From: an uncultured Planctomycetaceae bacterium
Lineage (GTDB): Bacteria; Planctomycetota; Planctomycetia; Planctomycetales; Planctomycetaceae
DNA: 64,000 nt
Assembly (NCBI GenBank): GCA_963813715.1
Contig: CAWFAK010000007.1
Span: forward strand, 1-64,000
Reading direction: 5' to 3'
The notes under the pieces were generated by a model, which saw only the letters and a list, made by a program, of their open reading frames with translations, was not told the origin of the DNA and searched no databases. Positions 43,032 to 53,363 of the stretch are shown one piece after another (the first letter of the stretch is position 1; every line of letters begins with the position of its first letter). The translations under genes and the position numbers were made by a program.

Positions 43032-44051
43032 ATGAAATTTGCCGGCTGCGACCTACACAAGCAGACTATCACGATTTGCGTCGTCGACCAATTGCGGCGG
43101 GTCTTGGAGCGTCGGACCGTGCGTTGTGGCGAAGAGCGGAGCATCCTCGCATTTTTCGAGAGGCTCGGGGAGTTCGAGGCTGTCGTGGAAGCGACCGCCA
43201 GCTACGAATGGTTCGTGCGATTGATCGAGCCCGTGGCCCATCGCGTGTTGTTGGCTCACCCCAAGAAGCTGCGTGTGATTGCCGAGAGCACGCGTAAAAG
43301 CGATCGGCTCAACGCGCAAATCCTCGCGGAGTTCCTGGCCTTGGACATGATTCCGACGTCTTACCGGGCGACTCCGCGGCAGCATGAGCATCGACGACTG
43401 GTGCGTCAGCGGGGCGGCATTCAACGGCGATTGACCTCCGTCAAGAACCGTCTGCGCCGCATTCTCTGCGACTACAACGCGGATCGCCCCAGTCTGTTCA
43501 CCGTGGAGGGGTTGGCGTATCTCCCCCAAGTGCCCCTCTCGGGAGCGGATCGGTTCGCCGTGGATCAAATGGTCGAAGAGTTGCACTTCGGGAGGCGTCA
43601 GCTGCTGGCCGTCAACGCCCGGCTGAAGGAGTTCGCCGAGGCGGCGCCGCTCCGCGAGCAGGAAGCGCGGACGCTGTTGCGGACGATCCCCGGAGTGGGC
43701 TTCGTGACCACCGAAGTTGTGCTGGCCGAGCTGGCAGACATTGATCGCTTCGGTTCGCAAAAGCGGGTCGTCGCTTACGCAGGGCTCTCACCGGGTCAAC
43801 GCGAGAGTGCGGGCAAGAGTCGGGAGCTGCACCTGGAGAAGAACGGTTCGACGCTGCTGCGCTCGACGCTGGTCGAAGCCGCCTGGCGGCTGGTTCAGCA
43901 CTCGTTACGTTGGCGTCGGATTTATGAACGATTGAAGTTGCGCGTGCGTGCCAAGAAGGCGATCGTCGCCGTGGCCCGCCGGTTGTTGTGCCTGATGACA
44001 GCGATCTTGAAGACGGGCCAACCCTACTCGCTCAGCCAGCAACCGACTTAA
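43032..44051 (+). CDS. IS110-family DEDD recombinase/transposase
   Basis: GCDLHK, VEAT, KSDRLNA, IPGVG, AYAGLSP..RESAG and AIVAVARRL motifs. Confidence 0.95.
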   Translation: MKFAGCDLHKQTITICVVDQLRRVLERRTVRCGEERSILAFFERLGEFEAVVEATASYEWFVRLIEPVAHRVLLAHPKKLRVIAESTRKSDRLNAQILAEFLALDMIPTSYRATPRQHEHRRLVRQRGGIQRRLTSVKNRLRRILCDYNADRPSLFTVEGLAYLPQVPLSGADRFAVDQMVEELHFGRRQLLAVNARLKEFAEAAPLREQEARTLLRTIPGVGFVTTEVVLAELADIDRFGSQKRVVAYAGLSPGQRESAGKSRELHLEKNGSTLLRSTLVEAAWRLVQHSLRWRRIYERLKLRVRAKKAIVAVARRLLCLMTAILKTGQPYSLSQQPT

Positions 44052-44300
44052 ATCCCTGACCTTGGCAGGAGAGCACAAAACAAAACATCGATCGAAAGCG
44101 CTGCGACGACCCACAGACGACCCCGCCCCCGGCCATGAAGGCGTTCCCTCAAAAGAGCGACCTTCGAAGGGTGAATGGGGCGTCTCTCGAAAGTCGGCTT
44201 CCTGGCGACATCGACGGACCTGTTCCAGACCGTTGGTGATCCCGAATAGATGGTTGAGCGTACCGCATCGCCCAGATCACCACTTCAAACGCAAAAACCA
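44052..44300 (+). ncRNA. putative bridge/seek RNA
   Basis: Stem-loop with internal loop carrying matches to the target flanks, plus segments matching the element ends. Confidence 0.65.
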
Positions 44301-44549
44301 ACCCTTGACGCTACCCTTCTCATAGATGGCCGGGGCGCTCCGCTTTGCGGAAGTCCCGGAACATGCAGTAACCTGCTGCGCTGCCAATAAGCAGGCGTCA
44401 CCGGCACTCAATTAACGCGACTGGAGACGCCCACGAAATGACCTTCCGCTGTTTTTTCCGTTTTCAAACGGGGGCTTCCGCTGCGCGAGCGCCCCCGCCA
44501 CCCGCCCGAACGAGAACCTCTAGCGACTGTCTGGTGGCCTATGTTCCCA

Positions 44550-45041
44550 ATGAGCACGCTCATCCTGCCGCTGGTTCTCGCGGCGTCGTTCGCCTGCAGC
44601 GGTTCGGCCAATCTTTGGGTGTACTTTCAGACCAAGCGGTCCAAACCGCACCTCCTTTATCTCGGCGTGTGGATCTTGTGCCTGGTCCCATTCGGTGTCT
44701 CAGCGGGCCTCGCGGACTTTAATGACTCTCCAGCCGTCCGATTCGGCGCCCTGAATCATCAGGTCCAAGAGCTCAAACAGGAATTGATCCGCAAGCAGAG
44801 CCAAGGCACGGGCGATCCGCGGGTGATGAAAGAATCTGCCGAGGGAATCCGGAAGATCGAAAGCTCGCTGGCCACCGAAAAAATGAGTGAACCGATCTTG
44901 CCGCAAGTTCCCTGGAAAGCGGTAGCGGTCGCCAGTCTGATTATCTCCGTGGTCGTCCCGGTCGGCATTTATCTGGTGCGATCCGGACGCCAGCGTCGCG
45001 CTTCGACGGGAAATGGAGTTTCCGATCAGCCGAGGCAATGA
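44550..45041 (+). CDS. hypothetical membrane protein
   Basis: 3 hydrophobic helices and a coiled segment. Confidence 0.55.
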   Translation: MSTLILPLVLAASFACSGSANLWVYFQTKRSKPHLLYLGVWILCLVPFGVSAGLADFNDSPAVRFGALNHQVQELKQELIRKQSQGTGDPRVMKESAEGIRKIESSLATEKMSEPILPQVPWKAVAVASLIISVVVPVGIYLVRSGRQRRASTGNGVSDQPRQ

Positions 45042-45302
45042 CGCCCGCCAGCTGACTGTGGCGCTCGGCCACCCATTCCTGGTTCACTGGCCGATTTCGG
45101 CCAACGCCCCGTCGGGTCCGTTCGTATCAGTGCTGCTGTTCGTCCCAGTTAGGGTGAGATTGCGCCAGACGGGCCGAACGGCCGTGTTTTCGCGGACTGG
45201 CCCCCTTTTCGCCGATGGGTGGGGTGTGACAGACTAAATGAACGCCGCTCGTCCCGTCTTCCGGGCGGGGCCGCTTTCGATTCATCGCCCTTTGGCTTCT
45301 CG

Positions 45303-46427
45303 ATGATCTTTTTTGTTCTGGCCTGCGTCGTGCCGTCGTTTGTCATCTCGCTGTGCATGACGGCGGCGATGCGGGTGATCGCGCCGCGGATCGGGCTGAT
45401 CGATCAGCCGGCCGCGCGGAAAGTGCACAAGGTGCCGACACCGCTGGGGGGCGGGATTGGCATCGTGGCGGGAGTCGTCATTCCGCTGTTGGGGGCCGAG
45501 GTGGCCGCCCGGTTTCTGCTGCAACGAAACGATCTCCGCGAACGGCTGCTGGGAGACGCCGGCATCTCGCTCGAAGGCGTGCTCGAACGCAGGTTTCAAC
45601 TCTGGTGGATTCTGGGAGCCGGCGTCGTCCTCTCGGTGATGGGGCTGATCGACGACCGCAAAAACTTGCACTGGGTGCCCCGGCTGATCGTGCAAATCGT
45701 GGTCGCCTGCGGCCTGGTTTTCGGAGCGGGCGTCCACGCGACCGTCTTCGCTCCCCAGCCGATCATCGGCCAGGTGCTGTCCGTTTTTTGGATCCTGGTG
45801 CTGGTCAACTCGTTCAACTTTCTCGACAACATGGACGGGCTGTCGGCGGGCATCGCGCTGATTGCCGCCACCGTGCTGGCCAGCTTGATGCTCAACTCGA
45901 CCGAAACGCCCCACTGGCTGGTGGCCGGACTGATGCTCGTGCTCGTCGGCTCGCTGGTCGGGTTCTTGTGCCACAACTGGCACCCGGCCCGCATCTTTAT
46001 GGGAGACACGGGGAGCTACTTCATTGGCCTGTTGATGGCCTGCGCGACTTTGCTGGGGACGTATTATGAGTACGACGACGCGCCCGAAAGTTCGCACCTG
46101 GTGCTCGCCCCGTTGTGCATCCTGGCGATTCCGCTTTACGATTTTTGTTCGGTGATGATCATCCGCAGCCTGCAGGGGCGCAGCCCGTTCCATGCCGACA
46201 AAAGTCACTTTTCCCATCGACTGGTGGAGCTGGGACTGCGCACGAAGGGCGCGGTGTTGACCGTCCATTTGGCAACACTGACCACGGGGCTGGCCGCGCT
46301 GTTGCTTTATCGAGTTCACGATTGGCCTGGAGCCATCTTGATCCTGGCGCTGGTCGTCTGCATCCTGGCGATCATCGCCATCCTCGAGACGGCCGGGCGC
46401 AAAGGCAACGGCGGAGGACCGGGCTGA
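45303..46427 (+). CDS. undecaprenyl-phosphate GlcNAc-1-phosphate transferase (WecA/MraY family)
   Basis: RKVH..PTPLGGG, GLIDD, NSFNFLDNMDG, IFMGDTGS and HFSHRL motifs. Confidence 0.92.
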   Translation: MIFFVLACVVPSFVISLCMTAAMRVIAPRIGLIDQPAARKVHKVPTPLGGGIGIVAGVVIPLLGAEVAARFLLQRNDLRERLLGDAGISLEGVLERRFQLWWILGAGVVLSVMGLIDDRKNLHWVPRLIVQIVVACGLVFGAGVHATVFAPQPIIGQVLSVFWILVLVNSFNFLDNMDGLSAGIALIAATVLASLMLNSTETPHWLVAGLMLVLVGSLVGFLCHNWHPARIFMGDTGSYFIGLLMACATLLGTYYEYDDAPESSHLVLAPLCILAIPLYDFCSVMIIRSLQGRSPFHADKSHFSHRLVELGLRTKGAVLTVHLATLTTGLAALLLYRVHDWPGAILILALVVCILAIIAILETAGRKGNGGGPG

Positions 46428-46529
46428 TGCCCGCGCGTCCGACGCACCATACGCACGCGACGAACGAGCAGACCGTTCAGGTTCCTAACCGGCGAGCAGA
46501 TCGCAACCTCATGAGCTCGATGCTTTCTC

Positions 46530-48806
46530 ATGAGCAAAGCTAAGCGAAAGGCGGCCGCGCCCACGGCTCCGTCGCGGGACGTCGCCCTCAGCACAGAGAG
46601 CGACCCATTTGCCGGGCTGCTCCGCATCCTGGTGAGCGGGCTCGTCGTCGTGCGGTGGCTCATTCCCGCCGAGTCGGCCGCCAGCGGAGACACGCTCTGG
46701 GTCGTGCAGCTCGACCTGGCCATTGTCATCCTTTGGGCGTGGGCCGGCCTTCGCAGCGGTCGCTTTGTCGTTCGCTGGAGTCTGTTCGACTCGGCCCTGT
46801 GGGCGCTCGTGGCCGCACATGGACTGTCGGCCGCTGCCGTGTTCGTCACCGGCGGCGATCGGCGGGCCGCCCTCAACATGGCCTGGGAATGGGTCGGGCT
46901 GGGAATCACGTTCTTTCTGGTGCGGCAGACGATTCAAAACGCGCTGGACGCGCGCCGTTTGGCCGCCATTCTCGTCGCCATCGCCGTGGTGCTGGGCGGC
47001 CTGGGCATCTGGCAACACTACGTCTTCTATCGATTGGCAACCCGCGAATACACGGAGATGCTCAACGAGATCGATTCGCTGGAGAAGAACCCGGGCGCGA
47101 ACGCACGGCGGTTGGGCGAGCTGCAGCTCAAACTCGAGTCGCAGGGCATTCCGACCGATGAAATGGGCGCAAGCAGTACATCAATCGGCTGCAGTTCAGC
47201 AACGAGGCGCTCGGACCATTTGCACTCGCCAACACGTTTGCCGGCTACTTGCTGGTGATGCTGCTGTTGGCGGCCGAACTTTTCCGTACGCTGGCGGGCC
47301 CGCGGGCGAAGAGCACCATCGCTGCCTGGGCGGCCGCCTTCCTGGTGCTCGTCTACTGCCTGATCCTGACCAAGAGCCGCACAGCCTGGGTCGGCCTGTT
47401 CGTCGCGGGCGCGCTGTGGGGGATCACGCTCTTGGTCCGCAATCGGCAGCGGCTCAGCCGGCGGCTGTTGTTGGGGATGGGATTGGGCGTCGTCGGCATC
47501 GGCGTGCTATTTGGGATCGCCGCGGTGGGAAAGGGCTTCGATGCGGAGGTGGTATCCGAAGCGCCCGAAATCGCTGGCCTACCGCTTTCAGTATTGGAAC
47601 GGCGCGGTCCGGACAGTCGCCGCCGCGCCTCAGACTGTGATCCTTGGCACGGGCCCCGGCAACTTTCGCCAGCACTACTTGCGGCACAAGGTCCGCGAAT
47701 CGAGTGAAGAAATTGCCGACCCGCACAATTGGCTGCTCGATCTGTGGGCCAGCGGCGGCATTCTGGCCGTTGCTGCCTTCGTTGCATGCCTGGTGTTGGC
47801 CGTCATCCCTGTGCACAGGCGGCGACTCGCCAGTGAACCGGCGGACGCCGCACCGGAACGCCTGCCGCCGTGGACATCCGATTTGCCCGGTCCGGCCCTG
47901 GGCTTCTTGCTGGCGCTCATCGCACCCGTGGCCGGGGCAAATGGCAACTTCGATTTTTCGCAGTTGGCGCTGTTCGCGATTTGGATCGTCGTCTTTGCCG
48001 TGCTCCGTCGCGGCCTGGGCACCGCGCGGCTGGCCCCCATCGCGGTGGGCGCGGCGGCCCTGGGGCTGATGATTCATCTGAGCGGAGCCGGCGGCATCGA
48101 AATGCCGGGCATGATGCAACTGTTGCTTGTGCTCGCCGCCCTGGCGTTTGCCACCGTCGACCGGCCGACCGACGCCACCGTGTCGCTGCGGCTGGTGATC
48201 GGCATCGCGGGGGTCGGCGTGGTGTTGTTCGTCGCGCTCTTTCTGACGGGAACGCTGCCCGTGCTCAATCGTCGCGCCGCGATCGCCCAGGGAGAGCAGG
48301 CCTTGTTCCTCGATGGGAATTTTGACCAGGCGAAGGACGACTTTATCCAGGCCGCCTTCCGCGATCCGCTCAGCCCGGAGCCGCACGCCAAGCTGGCCGA
48401 CGCCTTGTTCGCTCGCTGGCAGTCGAGTCCGCCCGGACTCACCGGCGACAACTTTGCCAAGGCCTGCGAGGCGTTGAAAGAAGCCATGCACCAGGATCCG
48501 CTGAACCCGTCGCACTATCGGCGGTTGGGCGAGTTCTATCTGGCGCGATTCAGCCGCACGCACGACCCGGCCGATGCCCAGGCCGCCGCCGACGCCTACC
48601 AACGAGCCATCGAGCGCTATCCGAACGACGTCGCGCTGCGCAGCGCCGACGCCCAGGCCCTGGCTGACGCCGGCAAAACCGCGGACGCCAAACAGCAGGC
48701 CAAGCAGGCGCTCGAACTGGACGAGATTAACCACCGCTGGGGCCATACGGACCGCTATCTGCCGGACACGACGCTCGCTCGGCTCAGGACGTTGGCGGGG
48801 ACGTAG
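46530..48806 (+). CDS. O-antigen ligase family protein with C-terminal TPR (frameshifted)
   Basis: LTKSRTAW, GTGPGNF and ADPHN motifs; many TM helices. Confidence 0.82.
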
Positions 48807-48844
48807 GTGAGCTAGTCGGTCGAATTAACGAGGGCCAAGGCGCG

Positions 48845-48881
48845 CCTCACTCGGTCCCTCTCCCCATAAATGGGGCGACAG
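48845..48881 (+). repeat. degenerate DUF559-associated repeat
   Basis: cctcactcggtccctctccccataaatggggcgacag. Confidence 0.6.
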
Positions 48882-49119
48882 TGATCGCCACCGTCCGGCC
48901 AGGGTTATACGTTTTCCAACAGAGTGTGGCACCAAAACGTATGAGGACAGGCGGCCGCGGGATGTCCTCGCAGCCCAACGGCCGATTCACTATCATCCCG
49001 CCATCGATCGGTCGGGTCGTTTTGCGGGCCGGTGGGCGTTCGTTCTCTCGCTCGTTTGTCCGCCTGTTGATCACTCTGTTTATCACTGCCCGGCCTTGCC
49101 GTTTCTCGAGGATTGCCGC

Positions 49120-50790
49120 ATGTCGAAGGATCTGCTGAAGGCCATCCCCTTCGCGGTCGGGCTGATTGGAATTGCCCTTTTCGTCGGGCTGCCGTCGGGT
49201 TGCGGCGATCAGATCAACCAGACCGACGCCCCGCCCCACTCGTCCGACATCCCCAGGGCCGAGCTCCCGCCGAAGATTGAAAAGGCCGGCGGCCCCGCGA
49301 AGCAGGCGTCGGCCACCACACCGCACACCAAGCCGGCCCCGCCGACGGTCAAGCCGCTGCTCAAGGGCTGGGAAAAGCCAGCCGCCACGCTCATCTTCTC
49401 CGGCGAGCAGCACGGATACATGGAGCCCTGCGGCTGCTCGGCCACGCAATCGGGCGGCTTGTCGCGACGCGGCGATTTGATCCGCCAGCTCACCGAAAAG
49501 GGCTGGCCCTTCGCCGGCTTCGACCTGGGCGACCTGGTGAAGAAGGACAATCAACAGAACAAAATCAAATACCAGGTGATGCTGACGGCGCTCAAAGACC
49601 TGGGCTACAAGGCGATGGGCCTCGGCCCCGAGGAACTGGCGCTCGAGCGGCTCGAGCCGGGCTTCTTGGTGACGCAGGGCCCGGGCCCCGGCGCCGATCC
49701 GAATCAAGATGGTCTGGGCTTCGTCAACGCGAACGTCGAATTCACGTTGTTCAAGGATCCCGGTCTTCGCCCGGCCCAGATCGCGAAGGTCGTCACGATC
49801 AACGGGCATCGCATCGGCGTGACGGCCATCTTCGGCAAGACGCTGGTGGCCGCCCTCTTCGGCGACGCGGGCGATCCGCAGATCAAGGTGAACGATCCGG
49901 CCAAGTCGCTCCCGGCCGCTATCGCCGAGCTGAAGAAGCAAAAGGCCGAGGTGCTGGTGTTGCTCTCGCACGCCGAAAAATCCGAGTCGGTCGAGCTGGC
50001 CAAAAAATTTCCCGAATTCCAGCTCGTGGCGACGGCCCGCGGTCCCGAGGACGGCGAAGACAACTTCGAACCAGTCGGCAAGTCGCTTTTGGTGATTGTT
50101 GGTGCTAAGGGAAAACACGTCGCCGTCGTCGGCTACTACCCGGACGATAAGGCGCGTCCGTTCCGGTACGAGCTGGTCGATCTCGATAAAGAACGGTTTC
50201 ACGACACGCCCAAGATGATCGACCGCATGCGCGAGTATCAGCACATTCTCACCGGCAGCTACGATGCGATCCTTAAGGACTTCGCCCAACCGCAGCATCC
50301 GAGCGGCGACACGTTCGCCGGCGTCGAAACGTGCAAGGACTGCCACACCAAGGCCTACGAAATCTGGAAAGACTCGAAGCACGCGCATGCCTACGAAAGC
50401 CTGATCACGGGTCGCGAGGGAGCGAAAAATGTCGTCCCCCGCAATCACGATCCCGAGTGCATCAACTGCCACACGACCGGCTGGGACCCGCAGGGCGACT
50501 TCCCTTACGTCTCCGGCTTCTACAGCCTGGAAAAGACGCCGAAGCTCAAGGATCAGCAGTGCGAAAACTGCCACGGTCCGGCCGCCAAGCACGTCGCGCT
50601 CGAGCTGGCCTGGAAGAAGGATCCCAAAGCGGTCAACAAGGCCGATCTCGACGCCGCCCGCAAGCGGGCCGTGCTCAAAGTGGCCGAGGTCGAAAGGACT
50701 GTCTGCGACAAGTGCCACGACTACGAGAACGATCCGAACTTCAACTTCGCCAAATACTGGCCGGAGATCGAGCACAAGGGCAAGGATTAG
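49120..50790 (+). CDS. tetraheme c-type cytochrome (c554-like) fused to a 5'-nucleotidase/metallophosphoesterase-like domain
   Basis: Four CxxCH motifs (CKDCH, CINCH, CENCH, CDKCH); EPCGC..GGL.RR, DLGD and LLSH in the N-terminal domain. Confidence 0.85.
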   Translation: MSKDLLKAIPFAVGLIGIALFVGLPSGCGDQINQTDAPPHSSDIPRAELPPKIEKAGGPAKQASATTPHTKPAPPTVKPLLKGWEKPAATLIFSGEQHGYMEPCGCSATQSGGLSRRGDLIRQLTEKGWPFAGFDLGDLVKKDNQQNKIKYQVMLTALKDLGYKAMGLGPEELALERLEPGFLVTQGPGPGADPNQDGLGFVNANVEFTLFKDPGLRPAQIAKVVTINGHRIGVTAIFGKTLVAALFGDAGDPQIKVNDPAKSLPAAIAELKKQKAEVLVLLSHAEKSESVELAKKFPEFQLVATARGPEDGEDNFEPVGKSLLVIVGAKGKHVAVVGYYPDDKARPFRYELVDLDKERFHDTPKMIDRMREYQHILTGSYDAILKDFAQPQHPSGDTFAGVETCKDCHTKAYEIWKDSKHAHAYESLITGREGAKNVVPRNHDPECINCHTTGWDPQGDFPYVSGFYSLEKTPKLKDQQCENCHGPAAKHVALELAWKKDPKAVNKADLDAARKRAVLKVAEVERTVCDKCHDYENDPNFNFAKYWPEIEHKGKD

Positions 50791-50827
50791 CAGGCCCAAC
50801 ATCGACGGCGCGAGGATTGACGGGCCC

Positions 50828-51166
50828 ATGAGCGACGAGCAGCCGACGGCGATCAAAGCCTTCCGCGATCAGGGCGTGCTCGAAGTCACCTGGCCGCGGC
50901 TGGGCGTGCGGCGGATCGCCTTTAAGACGCTGCGGGCTAACTGCCCCTGTGCCGGCTGCGTCGACGAGTTGACGGGCGTCCGCATTCTCAACGTCGACGC
51001 CATCCCGGCCAACATCGCTCCGGCCCGCATCGAGCTCTGCGGCAACTACGCCCTCAAGGTCGAATGGAACGACGGCCATTCGACCGGACTGTATACTTGG
51101 CAGAGGCTCGCTGAGATGGGAAGCGCGAATGACTCAAGCACGAATGACGAAAGAATGACCGAATGA
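50828..51166 (+). CDS. DUF971 / GBBH-like N-terminal domain protein
   Basis: LR..CPCAGC, GNYAL and W.DGHSTGLYTW motifs. Confidence 0.9.
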   Translation: MSDEQPTAIKAFRDQGVLEVTWPRLGVRRIAFKTLRANCPCAGCVDELTGVRILNVDAIPANIAPARIELCGNYALKVEWNDGHSTGLYTWQRLAEMGSANDSSTNDERMTE

Positions 51167-51240
51167 CCTAAGCCCGAATCGGGCTCCATCATTCGTGCTT
51201 CGAGCTTCGTGCTTCCTTCGACATTCCTGCTTCGTCATTA
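51128..51240. repeat. GAATGAC/GAAGCAC palindromic element
   Basis: aagcacgaatgacgaaagaatgac...ttcgtgcttc; overlaps the DUF971 stop codon. Confidence 0.8.
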
Positions 51241-51288
51241 GGGTTTTCGTCACCGACTCTCTTTCGCTCAACACAACCCCGTGGGCGC

Positions 51289-51888
51289 ATGAACTCTGCC
51301 GAGACATTTGAAGTCGAGCTGAAGTTTCCGATTTCCGACGCCGACGACATGACCCTCCAGCTGTTAGCTCGCGGCGCGCGGCGGGGTGGGATCGTCGAGC
51401 AGAGCGATCTCTATTTCCAGCATCCGTCGCGCGACTTTCGCCAAACGCACGAGGCCCTGCGGCTACGGAAGACACGCGACGGCGTGCGGATCACCTACAA
51501 AGGGCCAATCATCGACACGCGAACCAAAACCCGCCGCGAGATCGAGCTGCCCGTCGGCCGCGGGACCGGAGACTTCGATCAGCTTCGCACGCTGCTCACG
51601 GTGCTTGGCTTCGAGCCGGTCCGCGGGGTCGACAAGGTTCGCGCCATTTATGAACTCATGTGGGAAGGTCGCGAGCTGGAATTGGCGGTCGACTCGGTCG
51701 AGGGCCTGGGGACGTTTCTGGAGATCGAATCGCTGGCCCAAGAGCACGATCGCGAGACGGCCCGCGACGCGATCCTGCGGCTGGCGGAAAATCTCGGCCT
51801 GAAAAACTCGGAACGCCGTTCCTATTTGCAGCTCTTGACCGAGCAGTCGGAGGCCGCAAAGTCTGCCGGCGAGAAACCGGCGGAATAA
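51289..51888 (+). CDS. cyaB: class IV adenylate cyclase / CYTH domain protein
   Basis: EVELKF, DLYF, ALRLR, ITYKGP, LG.FLEIE and RRSYL motifs. Confidence 0.88.
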   Translation: MNSAETFEVELKFPISDADDMTLQLLARGARRGGIVEQSDLYFQHPSRDFRQTHEALRLRKTRDGVRITYKGPIIDTRTKTRREIELPVGRGTGDFDQLRTLLTVLGFEPVRGVDKVRAIYELMWEGRELELAVDSVEGLGTFLEIESLAQEHDRETARDAILRLAENLGLKNSERRSYLQLLTEQSEAAKSAGEKPAE

Positions 51889-51948
51889 AGTGGCGACGTC
51901 GGCTTTTGCCCGGGATTTTGGCTCCTGAAAAGACTTGTCAAAAGCCGA

Positions 51949-51976
51949 TTGACAATATAGTATCTTTTTGTACACT
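51949..51976 (+). promoter_or_regulatory. recA sigma-70 promoter
   Basis: TTGACA-N16-TACACT in an AT-rich stretch. Confidence 0.65.
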
Positions 51977-52024
51977 AGTGCGAGCTCGGGATGAGACCAT
52001 CGCAAAATTCGGACCAAACGCAGG

Positions 52025-53189
<1,165 letters not shown>

Positions 53190-53198
53190 CAAACAGGC

Positions 53199-53310
53199 TG
53201 ACGAAGCACGAATGACGAAAGAAGCACGAAGTCCGAAGCACGAATGGATGTCACTCCTTCGTGCTTAGGTCATTCAGTCATTCTTTCGTCATTCGTGCTT
53301 CGGATTTTTC
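53199..53310. repeat. GAATGAC/GAAGCAC palindromic element
   Basis: gaagcacgaatgacgaaagaa / ttctttcgtcattcgtgcttc inverted arms. Confidence 0.82.
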
Positions 53311-53363
53311 GCTTCCGGGATGCTGCCCCTTGGGTGTTGTCGCCGGCCCGCTACCATTACGGG

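Larger units (their letters stand above)
42927..44328 (+). mobile_element. IS110-family, IS1111-group insertion sequence
   Basis: Sub-terminal IRs CTATGAG (42932-42938) / CTCATAG (44319-44325); TG core at both ends; long 3' non-coding region. Confidence 0.85.

Noticed and set aside
44305..44328. Strong junction promoter formed on IS circularisation
   Set aside because: TTGACG is present, but the predicted junction gives only a poor -10 (GAAGCT); not supportable.
48847..50856. Long antisense and alternative-frame ORFs (e.g. 669 aa here, 26269-28044, 55627-57471)
   Set aside because: Shadow ORFs of well-supported genes, typical of high-GC codon bias, with no motifs.
51968..51985. LexA box at the recA promoter (CACTAGTG palindrome)
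   Set aside because: Short palindrome with no second instance in the window and no motif I can confidently assign for this lineage.
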